Made by a program: the position numbers and the translations under genes. From Malacoraja senta (taxonomy: Eukaryota), in assembly GCA_038087875.1 (NCBI GenBank), contig JAXLNO010002010.1:62001-126000 (forward strand): 64,000 nucleotides of DNA, in the 5' to 3' direction. Below are positions 13,191-25,817 of this stretch, one piece after another (within the stretch, counting starts at the first letter, position 1; each line of letters begins with the position of its first letter). The notes beneath the pieces are model-generated. The model was not told the origin of the DNA. It saw only the letters and a program-made list of their open reading frames with translations, and did not search any database.

Positions 13191-14584
13191 GTTCCTTTTC
13201 TCCAGGGATGCCGCCTGACCCGCAGAGTTACTCCAGCACTTTGTGTCTATCTTCTCTTGCTAGTGACAAATTTTCTTGAGCAAAAAGCCGCATTCTCTTC
13301 TGCGATGGAGAAATGTCAGGTGCAAACGATGCACAATTTTGCAATTTTCCAGGATTCTCACATGGGTTATATTATTCCATCCATTTGGCCTCCTCTTGCA
13401 TAATGATGTGATTTACATGGAAAAGAAAGGACTCTGCCCTACAAAAATGTTTAGCTTGTTTGCAACCATTTCCACCAGATTATGTAAGCCATTTCCTCAG
13501 CAGCTGTTACCATGACTTTTGAGACTTCCCGCCAAGCCAGCACTTTTCGATCACAAACCAAGCTTCTGGTTAACCTTGGGACAACAGGGCTATCCTGTGC
13601 GGCCACAGTATCCGAGAACATCAGCTCTAAACAGCTACCATAAGTGTATCTATTGGGGGAAATCACATGTACGTATTTGAGGCACTATTGAGGCACGATT
13701 GTGTTTTGGGTCACAGAGCCTTACTCTATGGTCAATTACAGTGTTTGGGTGAGAGTACAAAAGACTTTTCAGTGAACATTAACTGTAATGCTATAATGCT
13801 GTAATACTATCTTCTACACTCTGGTATTGTTCTCTTTGAACTACCTGTTGCAAAGGTGTATGTTTTAATTGTACTTATGTATATTTTAATTTGACTGGTG
13901 AGCTTACAAACAATTTTTTTTTCACTGCTTCTCAGTACAGGCAACAATAATAAACCAATAACAGAATAAGCATTATATGAAATTAAAAAAGGTAAATGAT
14001 GGCATCACTCAGCAAATCAGGCAGCATCTGTTGTAAGGGAAACAGTAAATGTTTCAGGTCTGAGATTGTTTATCAGACTGAGAAATTGTTTGGATAACAT
14101 GTTTGGAATCTTAGAGTGAGAAAGATGCATTTGGTGAAGACTTGTGCACAATCCTACATGATTACAAGTTTACAATTGTGCCACTGAACCCAATTGAGGT
14201 TCCATGCTTAATGCCCTTCACAGCCCGAGGTGAAACGTACAACAAATACCACAAAGGAATTTCCTTTAAGATATTCTTCTTTTATTGCAGGTAGATAAAA
14301 ATGCTGGAGAAACTCAGCGGGTGAGGCAGTATATCTTTATATCTTTTATTGCCATTCCTTTGACAGATATGCAGCGGTAATCACCGTACTGGCAAACTTG
14401 GAGCAGAGGAACGAGAGAATTGCTGAGGACATTCCTGGTTCAGTGGTACACTTCAGCATCAATCACCAACTGTGTTCACGTGTGCCTTGTGGCAACAAAA
14501 GGAGCATCATTTGGTAAGGGTTTGCTTTCTTTAGCTTTCCTTTGACAAGTATTGTATTGCTTCTGTTGATTACTATATATTTTT

Positions 14585-14892
14585 TCTTTTAGTTTAGAGA
14601 TACAGCGTGGAAACAAGACGTCCCGCCCACCAAGTCTGGCCCAGCAATCCCCACACATTAACACTATCCTACACACACTGAGGGCAATTTACATTTATAT
14701 CAATCCAGTTAACTTACAAACCTGTACGTTTTTGGAGTGTGGGAGGAAACTGAAGATCTGGGAGAAAACTCACGCAGGTCATGGGCAGAACGTACAAACT
14801 CCGTACAGACAGTACCTGCAGTCGGGATCAAAATTGGGATTCGGGGCTCTGGCGCTGTAAGGCAGCAACTCTACAGATGTGCTACCGTGCTG
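14585..14892 (-). mobile_element. V-SINE
   Basis: Reverse complement of the SINE consensus, with a (TTTAG)n tail. Confidence 0.85.
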
Positions 14893-15164
14893 GCCTTCTA
14901 TCTTAATATAATAATTAAAAAATAATATTAAAATTATAATTTTCTATTTCTAGGTTGGATACACTACAGGAACCAAATCTCCATTAGATTAAATTGGAAA
15001 TGAATGGCTGCTAGGGCAAAGGTAATTTTTGGGTAATTCCTGTTATTTGAAAATTGATTTAATTTTGTATTCACATGTATTTAAGTATTTTGCTTAAAAT
15101 TTATCTTAATTTTTAATGAATTTAATGAATTAATTTTTCCATTTGAAACATCTTGTGTGACGCA

Positions 15165-15457
15165 CGGGTAGAGCTGCTTCCTCATAGTGTCAGAGACCCG
15201 ACTGCGATCCTGACCTCGGATGCTGACTGTGTGGAGTTTCTCCCTGTGATCGCATGGGTTCCCTGCAGATGCACCGGTTGCTTTCCATGTCCCAAAGATG
15301 TGCAGGTTTGCAGGTTGATTGGCCTCTGCTAAAATGCCCCTAATGGATGTGGATGGGAAAGTGAGAGAACATTGAACTAGTCTGAACAGGTGGCGTGGAC
15401 TCAGTGGACAGAAGGGCCTATTTCCATGCCATATATCTAACTAAACTAAAACTAAAC
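15165..15457 (+). mobile_element. V-SINE (diverged)
   Basis: GGTAGAGCTGCT head, CCCAAAGATGTGCAGGTTTG core, (CTAAA)n tail. Confidence 0.8.
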
Positions 15458-15469
15458 TACATTTGTTAA

Positions 15470-15930
15470 TCGGTGAGACCAAGCGGAGGCTTGGCGATCG
15501 TTTCGCCGAACACCTCCGGTCGGTCCGCAATAACCAACCTGAACTCCCGGTGGCTCAGCACTTCAACTCCCCCTCCCATTCCGTATCTGACCTCTCTGTC
15601 CTGGGTCTCCTCCATGGCCACAGCGAGCAACACCGTAAATTGGAGGAAATGCACCTCATATTCCGCTTGGGCAGTCTACATCCTGGTGGCCTGAACGTTG
15701 AATTCTCCCAATTCTGCTAGCCCTGGCTGTCCCCTCCCCTTCATCAGCCATCTGGTTGTCTCCTCCCCTCCCCCAGCCCTCGGGCTCCTCCTCCGCCTTT
15801 TCCTTTTTTCCTTTCTTCTCCCCACCCCCTATCAGTCTGAAGAAGGGTTTCGGCCCGAAACGTTACCTATTTCCTTCGCTCCATAGATGCTGCTGCACCC
15901 GCTGAGTTTCTCCAGCATTTTTGTGTACCT
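15470..15930 (+). mobile_element. Penelope-like element, 5'-truncated, GIY-YIG endonuclease end plus terminal repeat, 12-bp TSD
   Basis: IGETKRRLGDRFAEHLRSV...GLN (GIY-YIG). Hammerhead-like CTGAAGAAGGGTTTCGGCCCGAAACGTT at ~15837. TSD TACATTTGTTAA at 15458-15469 and 15931-15942. Confidence 0.92.
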
Positions 15931-16703
15931 TACATTTGTTAAATGCTTTGGAATATTTTTAACTGTTCATGCTGACATATTCAAAGTTGTTGACGTCTTT
16001 GTCAGCTTACCAACTTATGGATTACAATACTTCAGCAATTTCTGCAGGTGAGGCTTCCTCCATGATGCCCTCAGAATGAATGAATGAACAAATACTTTGC
16101 TGTCACATATGACAAGTCACAGTGAAATTCCTTGCCTGCACACCCAAGATATACAATAGTCACCAGATAAAGAGCACCGGCAAAGTGATAAAGCATCCTG
16201 CGGCAGATCCTCCTTTGTTCTCCCCCCCACCCCCTCATGGCGGTCCCCCCATGCCAGGTCCTCCATTGTTCTTTCCTCCCCCCTCACGGCGGTCCCCTTA
16301 TAATGGCTTATATGTGCACAAAAATTGGACTAACATGGGAATGCAAGCTGATTCCACGATGACCGAATAAATGAAGTGTATATTTGATGATAATGGTCAG
16401 TGGCTGACTACACAATCTGAGCCAGTAATCTATAAGCATGTTCCAGTTAGGTTCCCAGTGTGATGTGGTTTAACCCATAAAAATAAATAATCTGATTTAT
16501 ATAGAATCTTCCATGATCGCATGACGGTGTGAAGAACATTGAAGGCAATTAAGAACTTCTGATCACTTTATACTTTTGACTAAGCACACTGGTCGGAGAA
16601 GGAAGAGGGATTATATTGAATACTTCTGTAACTTTGTCGTTGCACTTTATGCGGTGACTTGCATATTTGTACTGTATGTAGATTTTACAAGATTTTTTAA
16701 TAT

Positions 16704-17045
16704 GTAGGAAGGAACTGCAGAAGCTGGTTTACACCGAATATAGACACAAAATGCTGGAGTAACTCAGCATCTCTGGATAGAAGGAATGGGTGACATTTTG
16801 TGTCGAGAACCTTCTTCAGTCTGAGCATCAGGGGAGAGGGAGTTACAGAGATAAGGAAGTGTAAGAGATCAAAAGAGATGAAGATCAAGGGAAATGTAGA
16901 ATAGACCATTGTTAGCTAGGAGAAGGTGACAACAAAGCAAACAGAGATAAAATGTAATCAGGAGGACAGTCAGACTGGTCAGAGAACTGGGAAGGGGAAG
17001 GAATGGAGAGAGAGGGAAAGCAAGGGTTATTTGACGTTAGAGAAG
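16704..17045 (-). mobile_element. Penelope-like 3' UTR/terminal repeat fragment
   Basis: Inverse of the 37400-37850 type sequence. Confidence 0.75.
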
Positions 17046-18798
17046 ACAACTTTTCAAAACTGGGAGATGCTAATCATGAACAGGGCTCAACAAGAGCCAA
17101 GTACTTGGAGTGTGGATGTGACCTCCTTTGTAATAGAAGCATTTTCAATTACATGACTTCATAATAATGTACATAACTTACATATTTTAGTGATGCCTTC
17201 CAAATACAAATTCAATGCATGAAAATCCAGCCAAGGAGCAAAGTCAATTAAAAATAGACACAATATACCAGTGCATCTCTAGTGAAAACAGCTAGATGAA
17301 GGTTCAGGTCTCAATCCGAAACATCACCTATCTATTTTCTCCAGAGACGCTGCCTGACCCATTGAGTTACTCCAGCATTTTGTGTCTATCTTCAGTATAA
17401 ACCCGCATCTGCAGCTCCTTTTAATTACACAGAGTACTGTCAATTTTTGGAGGGTACAGATGTTGCTTTAGGTTCTCCAAACCTTTGGACCTAACACAAA
17501 GTCTTTATTTGTTCTGAATGGATTAAGCTAATTAACAGAAAACTAGTTGATGTAATGAAATGATGGTACGTGAGTAGTGAAAAGGCAAATGACTGGTGAT
17601 TTATAAATATGGGCATGTTGCTTCTCATAAAGTTACTGCAGTTCAAAATGCATTCTGTCACGTATGAATTTTGCAAAACTATCTTTCACAAATGGTGAGA
17701 AATTAAACAAAAAGCTATAGAATTGGTTAACAAAACGCTTGTTAATTCACAGTCAACTGACCTGAATGGTGTCATGTTTGCAGTACTGCACAGAGTTATG
17801 TACTGTTTGAGTTAAGACATTATAATAACTGCCAGAGTATTGTTACAGAAATCTGAACTAAATTTATCATCACAAAAGTGACCAGAGCAGGTGTGTTGAT
17901 ATTGAAGATGGTAATGATTATAAATTTTGTTTTACTATTTGCTTTCCATAAATATTCCTTTAAGTAAGCCATATCCATTTTGTGTCAGGAGGCCCAGCGG
18001 TTTTTGACACATAACCCATTCAAGCATTTTGTCCTCCACTTTATCTTCGACATAGGTTTACATAAAGGTCACAAATGAAGCATGTCTATCCACTCCTGTG
18101 GCCTGCAGTCTGGTAAACATTTATACAGTGAAGAGGTCCCGATGGCAGTTTGCAAGGCTTTAAAATGGGTAAATTGCAGAAAGGAAGCTCACTTGAAACT
18201 TTACGTCCATTACTGTAATGATCTTTTTTTGTCTCTAGGAGCATATAACACCCAAATGACAGCCTGAGCTATCTTAGGTTTCCACAAATCCATTCGGTTA
18301 ATGCTTTCCGATGTCAGATTGTTTAATTGCAATGCTTATTCTATGCCTGGTTCAAACATCAACAAGATCCAGAAAGGAAGAGCAGTTTTCTGCACTCTTT
18401 TCTCCTTTGTTCTGGGATGGAGTAGGATTAGTAAAGGAACAGTGCAGATATAAAAAAAACAAGAATACATTTCAGAACTGTAATTATGCTATGTCTTTAC
18501 ACACACACTTTTACTCAAATTAACTTTCAGCTCACAATGTTTTCAATCACTGAAGTCTTCTTTACTGAGGGTGAACTTCAGGGTGATTGTGAAGCATGGC
18601 AAACTTTTGTCACTCGGTCACACAACTAAAGGTTTCATATGATGATGACATATGAAACCTTATAAATATTATTACAACTATTTTACAGTCTGCACAGATT
18701 AGAGATGAACTTTCTTGCTGCTTGCTTTGCACAGACTCAGAAATAATGCATGTATTGATTCTAAACCAACAAAGAACTACATGCTCATCTGGAACATA

Positions 18799-19310
18799 TT
18801 TAGTTTAGTTTAGTTTAGTGTGGAGATATAGTGCGGAAACAGGCCCTTCGGCCCACCGGGTCCATTCCAACCAGCGATCCCGCATGTTAACACTATCCTA
18901 CACACAATAGGGACAATTTTTACATTTACCATACTAATTAACCTACATACCTGTACGTCTTTGGAGTGTGGGAGGAAACCTAAGATCCCAGAGAAAACCC
19001 AAGTGCTAAAGAAGGAACTGCAGATGCTGGAAATCGAAGGTACACAAAAATGCTGGAGAAACTCAGCGGGTGCAGAAGCATCTATGGAGCGAAGGAGATA
19101 GGCAACGTTTCGGGCTGAAACCCTGAAAGAAGGGTTTCGGCCCGAAACGTTGCCTATCTCCTTCGCTCCATAGATGCTGCTGCACCCGCTGAGTTTCTCC
19201 AGCATTTTGGTGTACCAGAGAAAACCCACGCAGGTCACGGGGAGAACGTACAAACTCCGTACAGACAGCACCGGTAATTGGGATCAAGCCCGGGTCTCCG
19301 GCTTGCAAGC
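18799..19310 (-). mobile_element. V-SINE split by a PLE fold-back element
   Basis: The SINE halves join once 19002-19214 and one copy of the TSD are removed. Confidence 0.88.
19002..19214. mobile_element. PLE-derived palindromic (fold-back) element with 14-bp TSD
   Basis: Near-perfect inverted arms of ~85 bp; TSD CCAGAGAAAACCCA at 18988-19001 and 19215-19228. Confidence 0.9.
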
Positions 19311-19312
19311 AC

Positions 19313-19970
19313 CAGGGCCGGATTTAGATGAAGAGAGGCCCTAAGCTGTTCCACATGAGGCCCCTCCCAATCCCCCACCCCCACAACTAGAGGAAGATGG
19401 TCCACCAGATTTACACCGATTTGCAGCCGAGCGTGGCCAATGAGATAAGGGTCTGGAAATATGCACTTTTTATTTATTTATTTATTGCCAGTGCTAGTGT
19501 CGAGTTATTGGCTTAAAACACTATTATTCTGAAATGGAGGGCAAGGAAAATTACTGAAGGGTTGTTTAGAGACTACAGTGCATTGTAACAGCATATGTAA
19601 GAAAGGCCTATGACAGAGCCAAAAATATTATACACCTTGCAGGGCTCTCACTTAATTTTTTTTCTCTGTTGCCAGCCGGGCAACCGTCGCAGCTTTTTAA
19701 GTTGCCAAATGACAGTTTAGGTGGTCATTTAAGACGGCTTGCATGACCCATGCGATAATGTGCTCGGATGAAGTGCATAGTTACCAGTCAGAATTAAGCT
19801 CAATGAAGCATTCACATATTATTTCTGCTTCAAATAAAGTCACAAACTAAACATTATCACCAATCAAGACATGATATATACCACAAAGACATGCAGCAAA
19901 ATTATAATACAGTATCTCAACTCTTTTTACACATTGCAATTAATGCAATTTCCATTATTTCTTTCCTCTT
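19313..19970 (+). mobile_element. Two hAT-like DNA transposon left ends (CAGGGCCGGATTTA at 19313; CAGGGCTCTC at 19640)
   Basis: CAG-starting termini typical of hAT TIRs; no matching right TIR found. Confidence 0.45.
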
Positions 19971-19974
19971 CCAA

Positions 19975-20252
19975 ACAAATTGGAGGAACAGCACCTCATA
20001 TTTGCTTGGGTAGTTTACACCCCAGCGGTATGAACATTGGCTTCTTTAATTTCAGGTAGTCCTTGCTTTCTTCCCCTTCCCTTCCCATTCCCAGCTCTCC
20101 AACAGCCTACTCTCTCCGCCTCTTCCTTTCTTTTTCGTGTCCCCCCCCCACCCCCGACATCAATCTGAAGAAGGGTCTCGACCTGTAACGTCGCCTATTT
20201 CCTTCGCTGCATAGATGCTGCCTCACCCGCTGAGTTTCTCCAGCATTTTTGT
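19975..20252 (+). mobile_element. Penelope-like 3' fragment
   Basis: Matches 12090-12350 (KLEEQHLI..LGSLHPSGMN plus terminal repeat). Confidence 0.85.
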
Positions 20253-20254
20253 CA

Positions 20255-21310
20255 ACCCATTCGCACAAGTTCTATTATCCCACTTTCCTCCCCCACTCGC
20301 CACACATTAGGGACAATTTTACAGAGACAAGTTAACCTACAAAGCCAATGCGTCTTTGGGATGTGGGAGGAAACCCACACGCTTGCAGGGAGAATGTGCA
20401 AATTCAACACAGACAGTGTCAGAGGACAGGATCGAACACAGATCTCTGGCGTGTGAGGCAGCAAGTCTATCAGCTGTGCCACTATATTTTGTTTTCCAAC
20501 ACACAAAAAATTATACGTTGATAACTTTGGTTTCTAAAAAAATGAAAATATCCATTTTCAGTTTTAACTCTCCAAGTGATGCTATGTCCCCCTTTACAGC
20601 TACTGTTTGTTTTAATTAAGTTCAAGACTATGGGGCAGTACATTGGCCATAAAGTTGCTGCCAAAAAGTGCCAGAGACCCGGAATTGATCTTGAATATGG
20701 GTGCTGTCTGTATGGAATTTGCTCCTTTCCCCTTTGATCACATGGGTTTTCTCCGGGTGCTCTTGTTTCCTTCCACATTCCAAAGGTGTGCAGGAATCTC
20801 TTTCAGACCCAACCCAAAACATAATATTTTCCTTTTGTCCAGAGATTCTGTCTGACCTGTTGTGTTACGCCAACTTTTTGCGTCTATCTTCAGTTTAAAC
20901 CAGCATCTGCAGTTCCTTCCTACACACAGGATACTATACGATAGAACATTATTAATCCCAGGAGCGAAATTGTGTGTGTGTGTGTGGGTATATATATTTA
21001 TACACATACACACACACACACATATATATATATAGTTATATATTCATATATAAATATACACCGTTTTGTTTTCTCGTTTATAACATTGTTTACAGAGTAC
21101 TATGTTTACATATTCTGTTGTGTTGCTGCAAGTAAGGATTTCATTGTTCTAACTGGGACGTGAGAGAGTAAAACACTCTTGACTCTTGACTTACTCCGCT
21201 AATTTGTGGGATAGAACTAGTGTACGGGTGATCAGTGGTCGGCATGGACATGGTGGGCTGAAGGGCCTGTTTCCACGCTGTATCTTTAAATTAAACTAAA
21301 AACACTAAAA
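20255..21310. mobile_element. Cluster of V-SINEs (20255-20482 minus; 20635-20795 and 21200-21310 plus), a PLE arm, a microsatellite and a LINE tail
   Basis: SINE cores and tails; (TG)n/(TA)n/(CA)n at 20970-21060. Confidence 0.7.
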
Positions 21311-21799
21311 CCAGAGGGAGTCTCTACCCGAAACGTCACCCAATTTCTTCTATCCAGAGTTGCTGGCTGCTCCATGGAGTTCCCCCGCACAATTAAAGCA
21401 TGGAATAGTCTTCACCCTACCATAGTTACCCAACCAGACGCAACTAAATTTAAGGTACCTCTTTTTTCCCCAAGAACCCTTTTTTGCTTAAGTCCAAGTC
21501 AAGAGTCAAGAGAGTTTTATTGTCATGTGTCCCAGATAGGCCAATGAAATTCTTGCTTGCTGCAGCACAACAGAATATGTAAACATAATACTGAACAAGA
21601 GATAAAAGTTCAGTGTGTTTATATACCATAGACCATATATATACACAATAAATAAACAAATAAAATGCAATAAGCTGTTAATGTTCAGCCCTCCACCATC
21701 TCCAGTTTAAATTTCATTTAGAATATTTATGGAGGACCAGGAAACCAGAAGCAAGTTACTCCAGGGAGTTACTCCAAATCCAGGGTCAGGGAGTGATTC

Positions 21800-21960
21800 T
21801 GCGTTGGTTTTCAGCGGTCGCGACGAGGGCGGCAACTGGACAGCAATGGCGGCCAGATCTCCCACAATTCAAAGCGAGGGAGAAAGTGCCCAGCGCCGAC
21901 CAGTTGCCGTGGCAGTGCGCATGCGCAGGGCGGCCGATGATGTGCTGGCCGTGGCATGAA
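21800..21960. promoter_or_regulatory. Small CpG-rich patch with NRF1, YY1 and RFX-like motifs
   Basis: TGCGCATGCGCA 21916-21927, AATGGCGGC 21845-21853, GTTGCCGTGGCAGT 21903-21916; many CpGs in a CpG-poor background. Confidence 0.4.
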
Positions 21961-22265
21961 ATAAAATGGATGGAGACTAAAAAACATGAGCCTATTCAAT
22001 AAAAAAATGCTAGAAAGCTCAACTGTGCAAAGTCCATCTTACAGCACACAGCACTAAAATGAAAAAAAAAGTAAATTTTCCCCAGTGTGCAGGGAATGGA
22101 TGAAAAAGTGGGATAAGATCAGTTCAATTTGGTTTATTGTCACGTGTACCGAGGTTCAGTGAAAGGCTTTTGTTGCGTGCAAGCTGGTTGGCAGAGTAAA
22201 CTGTACACTGTACAGTGATAAGGGGAATAACGTTTGGTACAAGATAAAGCCTGAGGAAAGCTGTA

Positions 22266-22560
22266 TGGTGGTGCAGCAGTAGAGTTGATGTCTTACAGCA
22301 CCAGAGACCCAGGTTCAATCCTGACCATGGGTGCGGTCTACATGGAGTTTTTACGTTCTCACTGTGACCTGCATGGGTTTTCTCCAGGTGCTCCGGTTTC
22401 CTCGCACACTCCAAAGACGTACAGGTTTGTAGGTTAATTGGCTTGGTATAATTGTAAATTGGCCCTAGTGTGTAGGATAGTGTTAGCGTGCAGGGCTAGC
22501 TGGTCAATGCGGACAAAGTGGGCTGAAGGGCCTGTTTCCATGCTGTACTTCTAAAGTAAA
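22266..22560 (+). mobile_element. V-SINE
   Basis: B-box-like GGTTCAATCC, V-domain core, GGGCTGAAGGGCCTGTTTCC tail. Confidence 0.88.
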
Positions 22561-24417
22561 CAACAAAGTTAAATACATATGAGAAACAGACAGTGTTTGC
22601 TTTTAAATAAAGACTATACCTCTATAGAAGTTTTAATTTCTAACTTTGGTGGTTTCACTTATATTGAATCACAATTTCTACTGTGTAATATACTGTTACG
22701 TTGCTTAAGGATAATATCAATACTTTTAGTCGATAGCTGCTGAATTAGGTTGTAAGGTCACAAAGTCATGTGATAGAAGCAGAATTAGGCCATTCGGCCC
22801 ATTCAATCATGGCTGATCTATCTCTCCCTCCTAACCCCATCCTTCCTTCTCCCCATAACCCCTGACTCCTGTATTAGTTAGTTTGATTGTTTGGTAGTTT
22901 GGATTTTTTAAAATATTATGATCTCTGTGAGATGGATCACCTGTCTCGCTGTTTCTAAGTATAAACATCATATCTCATATATTTTATGAATTTTCCTACC
23001 ATTTATAAAACTTAAATCCACTGTTCATTCTGGGAATAGGGTGGTGGAGGTCAGTTGATTCTGTCGAGGGAGGCTGCTTTGCTGAGCAGTCCCTTTAAAT
23101 TGGACTATTATATCACAGGCAACATGAAATGCCAGTGTCATCTTCTAAATAAAACATTAAAAATAGTTGTAGCCTGAAACAAGACTGAAATCTGATCAAA
23201 CAGATGAATGTGCTTGCAATTCAAGCAAACTTCAGCATGGAGCCAAAATCTGGAGAGTGCAAGGCTTTAAAATTCTGAACTCTTATGTTTCAGGCCGTGC
23301 CTATATTGACGTTTTTAATGAATTTATTGAAACTGATAGGGTCAGCACTTCAGAGGCCACCAGCTGTGGGGTACATTCACTTTATATTGGTATAGGATTG
23401 TTATGAGGCCGGGGTGTGGCGACAATCAAGTGTTCTCTCTGCCAGCGCAGGCAGCAACCTCTGTCCCCTTTCTGTTTTCCTATCGCAAGGTTGTGAATGG
23501 ATTACTCCCCTACGACCTAGTCTCCCCACATCGTCAATGAATAGACTTGATCTCTACAGAATGCATTACTTTCTGATGGACATCACAGTACAAAGACCTC
23601 AGCGATGTACTGCTGTGGTAAGCATTAACGGAGGATGCCGATGCCTGGGGTATGCAGACTCCAGTCCCCGGAGGAATAATCTACTTATTGTCCCTTTGTA
23701 ATCATGTTCTTCCAGGAGCCCGTTCTTCAAGAAGGGTAAATTGTACAACAGTGTCTAAAATCTTGTGCAGTAACAACTCAGAACGGAAATGCATCTCGTC
23801 TGGTGCTAAGCATGGTGAAAACTTCTTCCCAAAAAAACCTCAGCACCTAAAAGCAAATTAAAAGTGAGAGCGGTATCTCAATAGGAATTCTGGACTCTTT
23901 TCACTCATCTCCAATGGCAACCACCAATAACTCCCCCCCCCCCCCCCCCCGCTCCTCCCCTCCCTCCCTCCCTCCCCAACTCCTTCCCTGGTTCATCTCC
24001 TGACAATTAATGTCCAAGCTGCTTCATTTCCACGGTCAGCAGATGCTCATATTATCCAGGCAGATTATCAATTCCAGCTTTGTTTACTCTTCCTGCTGTC
24101 TCTGGGGGTGAACCTGCAATCACTGCCTGCTTCCAAACTCTTCAAATGCACTGAGAACCCAGCGCAGGAGGGCTGAGGCGATCAACAACAGCGCTCAAGC
24201 TACATTTTATTGGAAAGGTTTCAAATGACATGCATTGGAAATAGCAGTGTTTAAAGCACGGAGTAGCATAAGCGAAAACTCTTTGAGAAATGCGGTGGAG
24301 AGGTCAGAGAGTTCATCTCATTGTTGGATCACTAGACAGAAGAAGGTTTTAAGCAGACAATTTTTTAACCCGAAACCTGTGACCTTGCGTGTTGAGTGGG
24401 GCAAAATTCAAGGTTGA

Positions 24418-25817
24418 ATGTTACAAAATTTTGAGATTTTAAAAATCAAGTCTGTAATTTATCCCATCAGATAAAGCATAAAAACAAGTTTAATTTGATA
24501 CATAATTCACTTTCATATCTTCAGTATTAAAAAAGTTATGGCCATTTTCATACTCGGAAATTAGCATCTTGTTCCATATTGCTTTTCCATTGACTTAACA
24601 CAAAAGCTGTGATCGAGGACAGTCAAAAGCCCATAACTTTCTTAAAAATTAAGAGAACTGAATGAAATGTTCAGTTATTATGAATTGAAGCATTCTGAAA
24701 CAAATATGAAACATCTTACTTGGATGACCTGAAATTAAAGCATATAATTAGTTAGTTACCTAATTGCAACTAATTACAAAATTGACCGTTTTGACGGAAA
24801 TAGTAATAAACACCCAGACTGCCTTGAAAATTCAAAAATGTGATATTCTCAAGATCAGAACTTTAATATTATTGTATTATATGTTGTAAGTCCATAACAG
24901 ATGGGTAAAGATTACAATTTCTAGCAAAATGCCGTCTTTATGGAGAAGATCAGTTGCTAGCTGGTACATTGGCATATCATAATCAGTAGCATCATCATAC
25001 TCCTCAGATTGTAACCAATAAGCAACTCTGTACACCTTGTTTTTCCTCAACTTTTCAATGTTGGCATTTCAATTCACACAAGAATTCACAATATAACATG
25101 ATTTTTAAATCTCACTGTCATGAACATATGCCAAATGGAAGGAATTTAATGTTTAATTCCCATAAATTAATCTAGAAACATGCACTCTCAATATAATCAA
25201 AATTATTATTTTTTGCACAATACATGTGACTGAAACTGTTGTGTATATTTAGTATAAAAATAATGATTATGGATGGACAATTACATAAAATGTAGACAAT
25301 TTAGATGTTCTTATGACATGATTGTCCAAAAAAAGAGAGAATTTTTTATCATCTTGCGAGTGGGTGTTTCTGGAATGCGATCGATTGGAACGTTGCCGTT
25401 GCCGTGAATTTTAACCCCATATCAGCAGGCAAGACATGGCCGAATCGTTTGGGGACTAAATAACATTTTTGCATCGTAAAATTAGACTAAAGCCACCCCA
25501 AGAAGCAAGATTATATGTGAAATAAAGACACCCTTTGTTTTGTCCTGATATTACGATCCATCATGTTGAAGGCGTTGAGGGCGTTCGAAGTCGCCTTTTA
25601 CTTTAATCCAACTATTAAATTGTCCAGCGATTAAAAAAAAACGGGAACGGAGGTCCGATCGATTTTTCTTCATCAACTAGCTGCCCGAGGAAATCCCTCT
25701 CCGACCAGCGATACAAACCTGCATTTTAATCCCGCCCCCCCCTCCTCAAAGGCGCCTGAGTCGCACACACAGCCAGTGGCAGATCTGCAGTGCCACTGAA
25801 GGTAGGTTTTGTAACAT
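24418..25817. mobile_element. Non-autonomous DNA transposon (~1.4 kb, short TIRs, superfamily unassigned)
   Basis: ATGTTACAAAA (24418) and TTTTGTAACAT (25807-25817) are inverted termini; subterminal AAAGTTATGG/CCATAACTTT pair; no ORF. Confidence 0.6.

Noticed and set aside
20970-21060. (TG)n-(TA)n-(CA)n quasi-palindrome
   Set aside because: Low-complexity microsatellite within a LINE tail; symmetry is expected by chance.
21729-21959. 76-aa ORF over the CpG patch
   Set aside because: No recognisable homology; explained by local GC richness.
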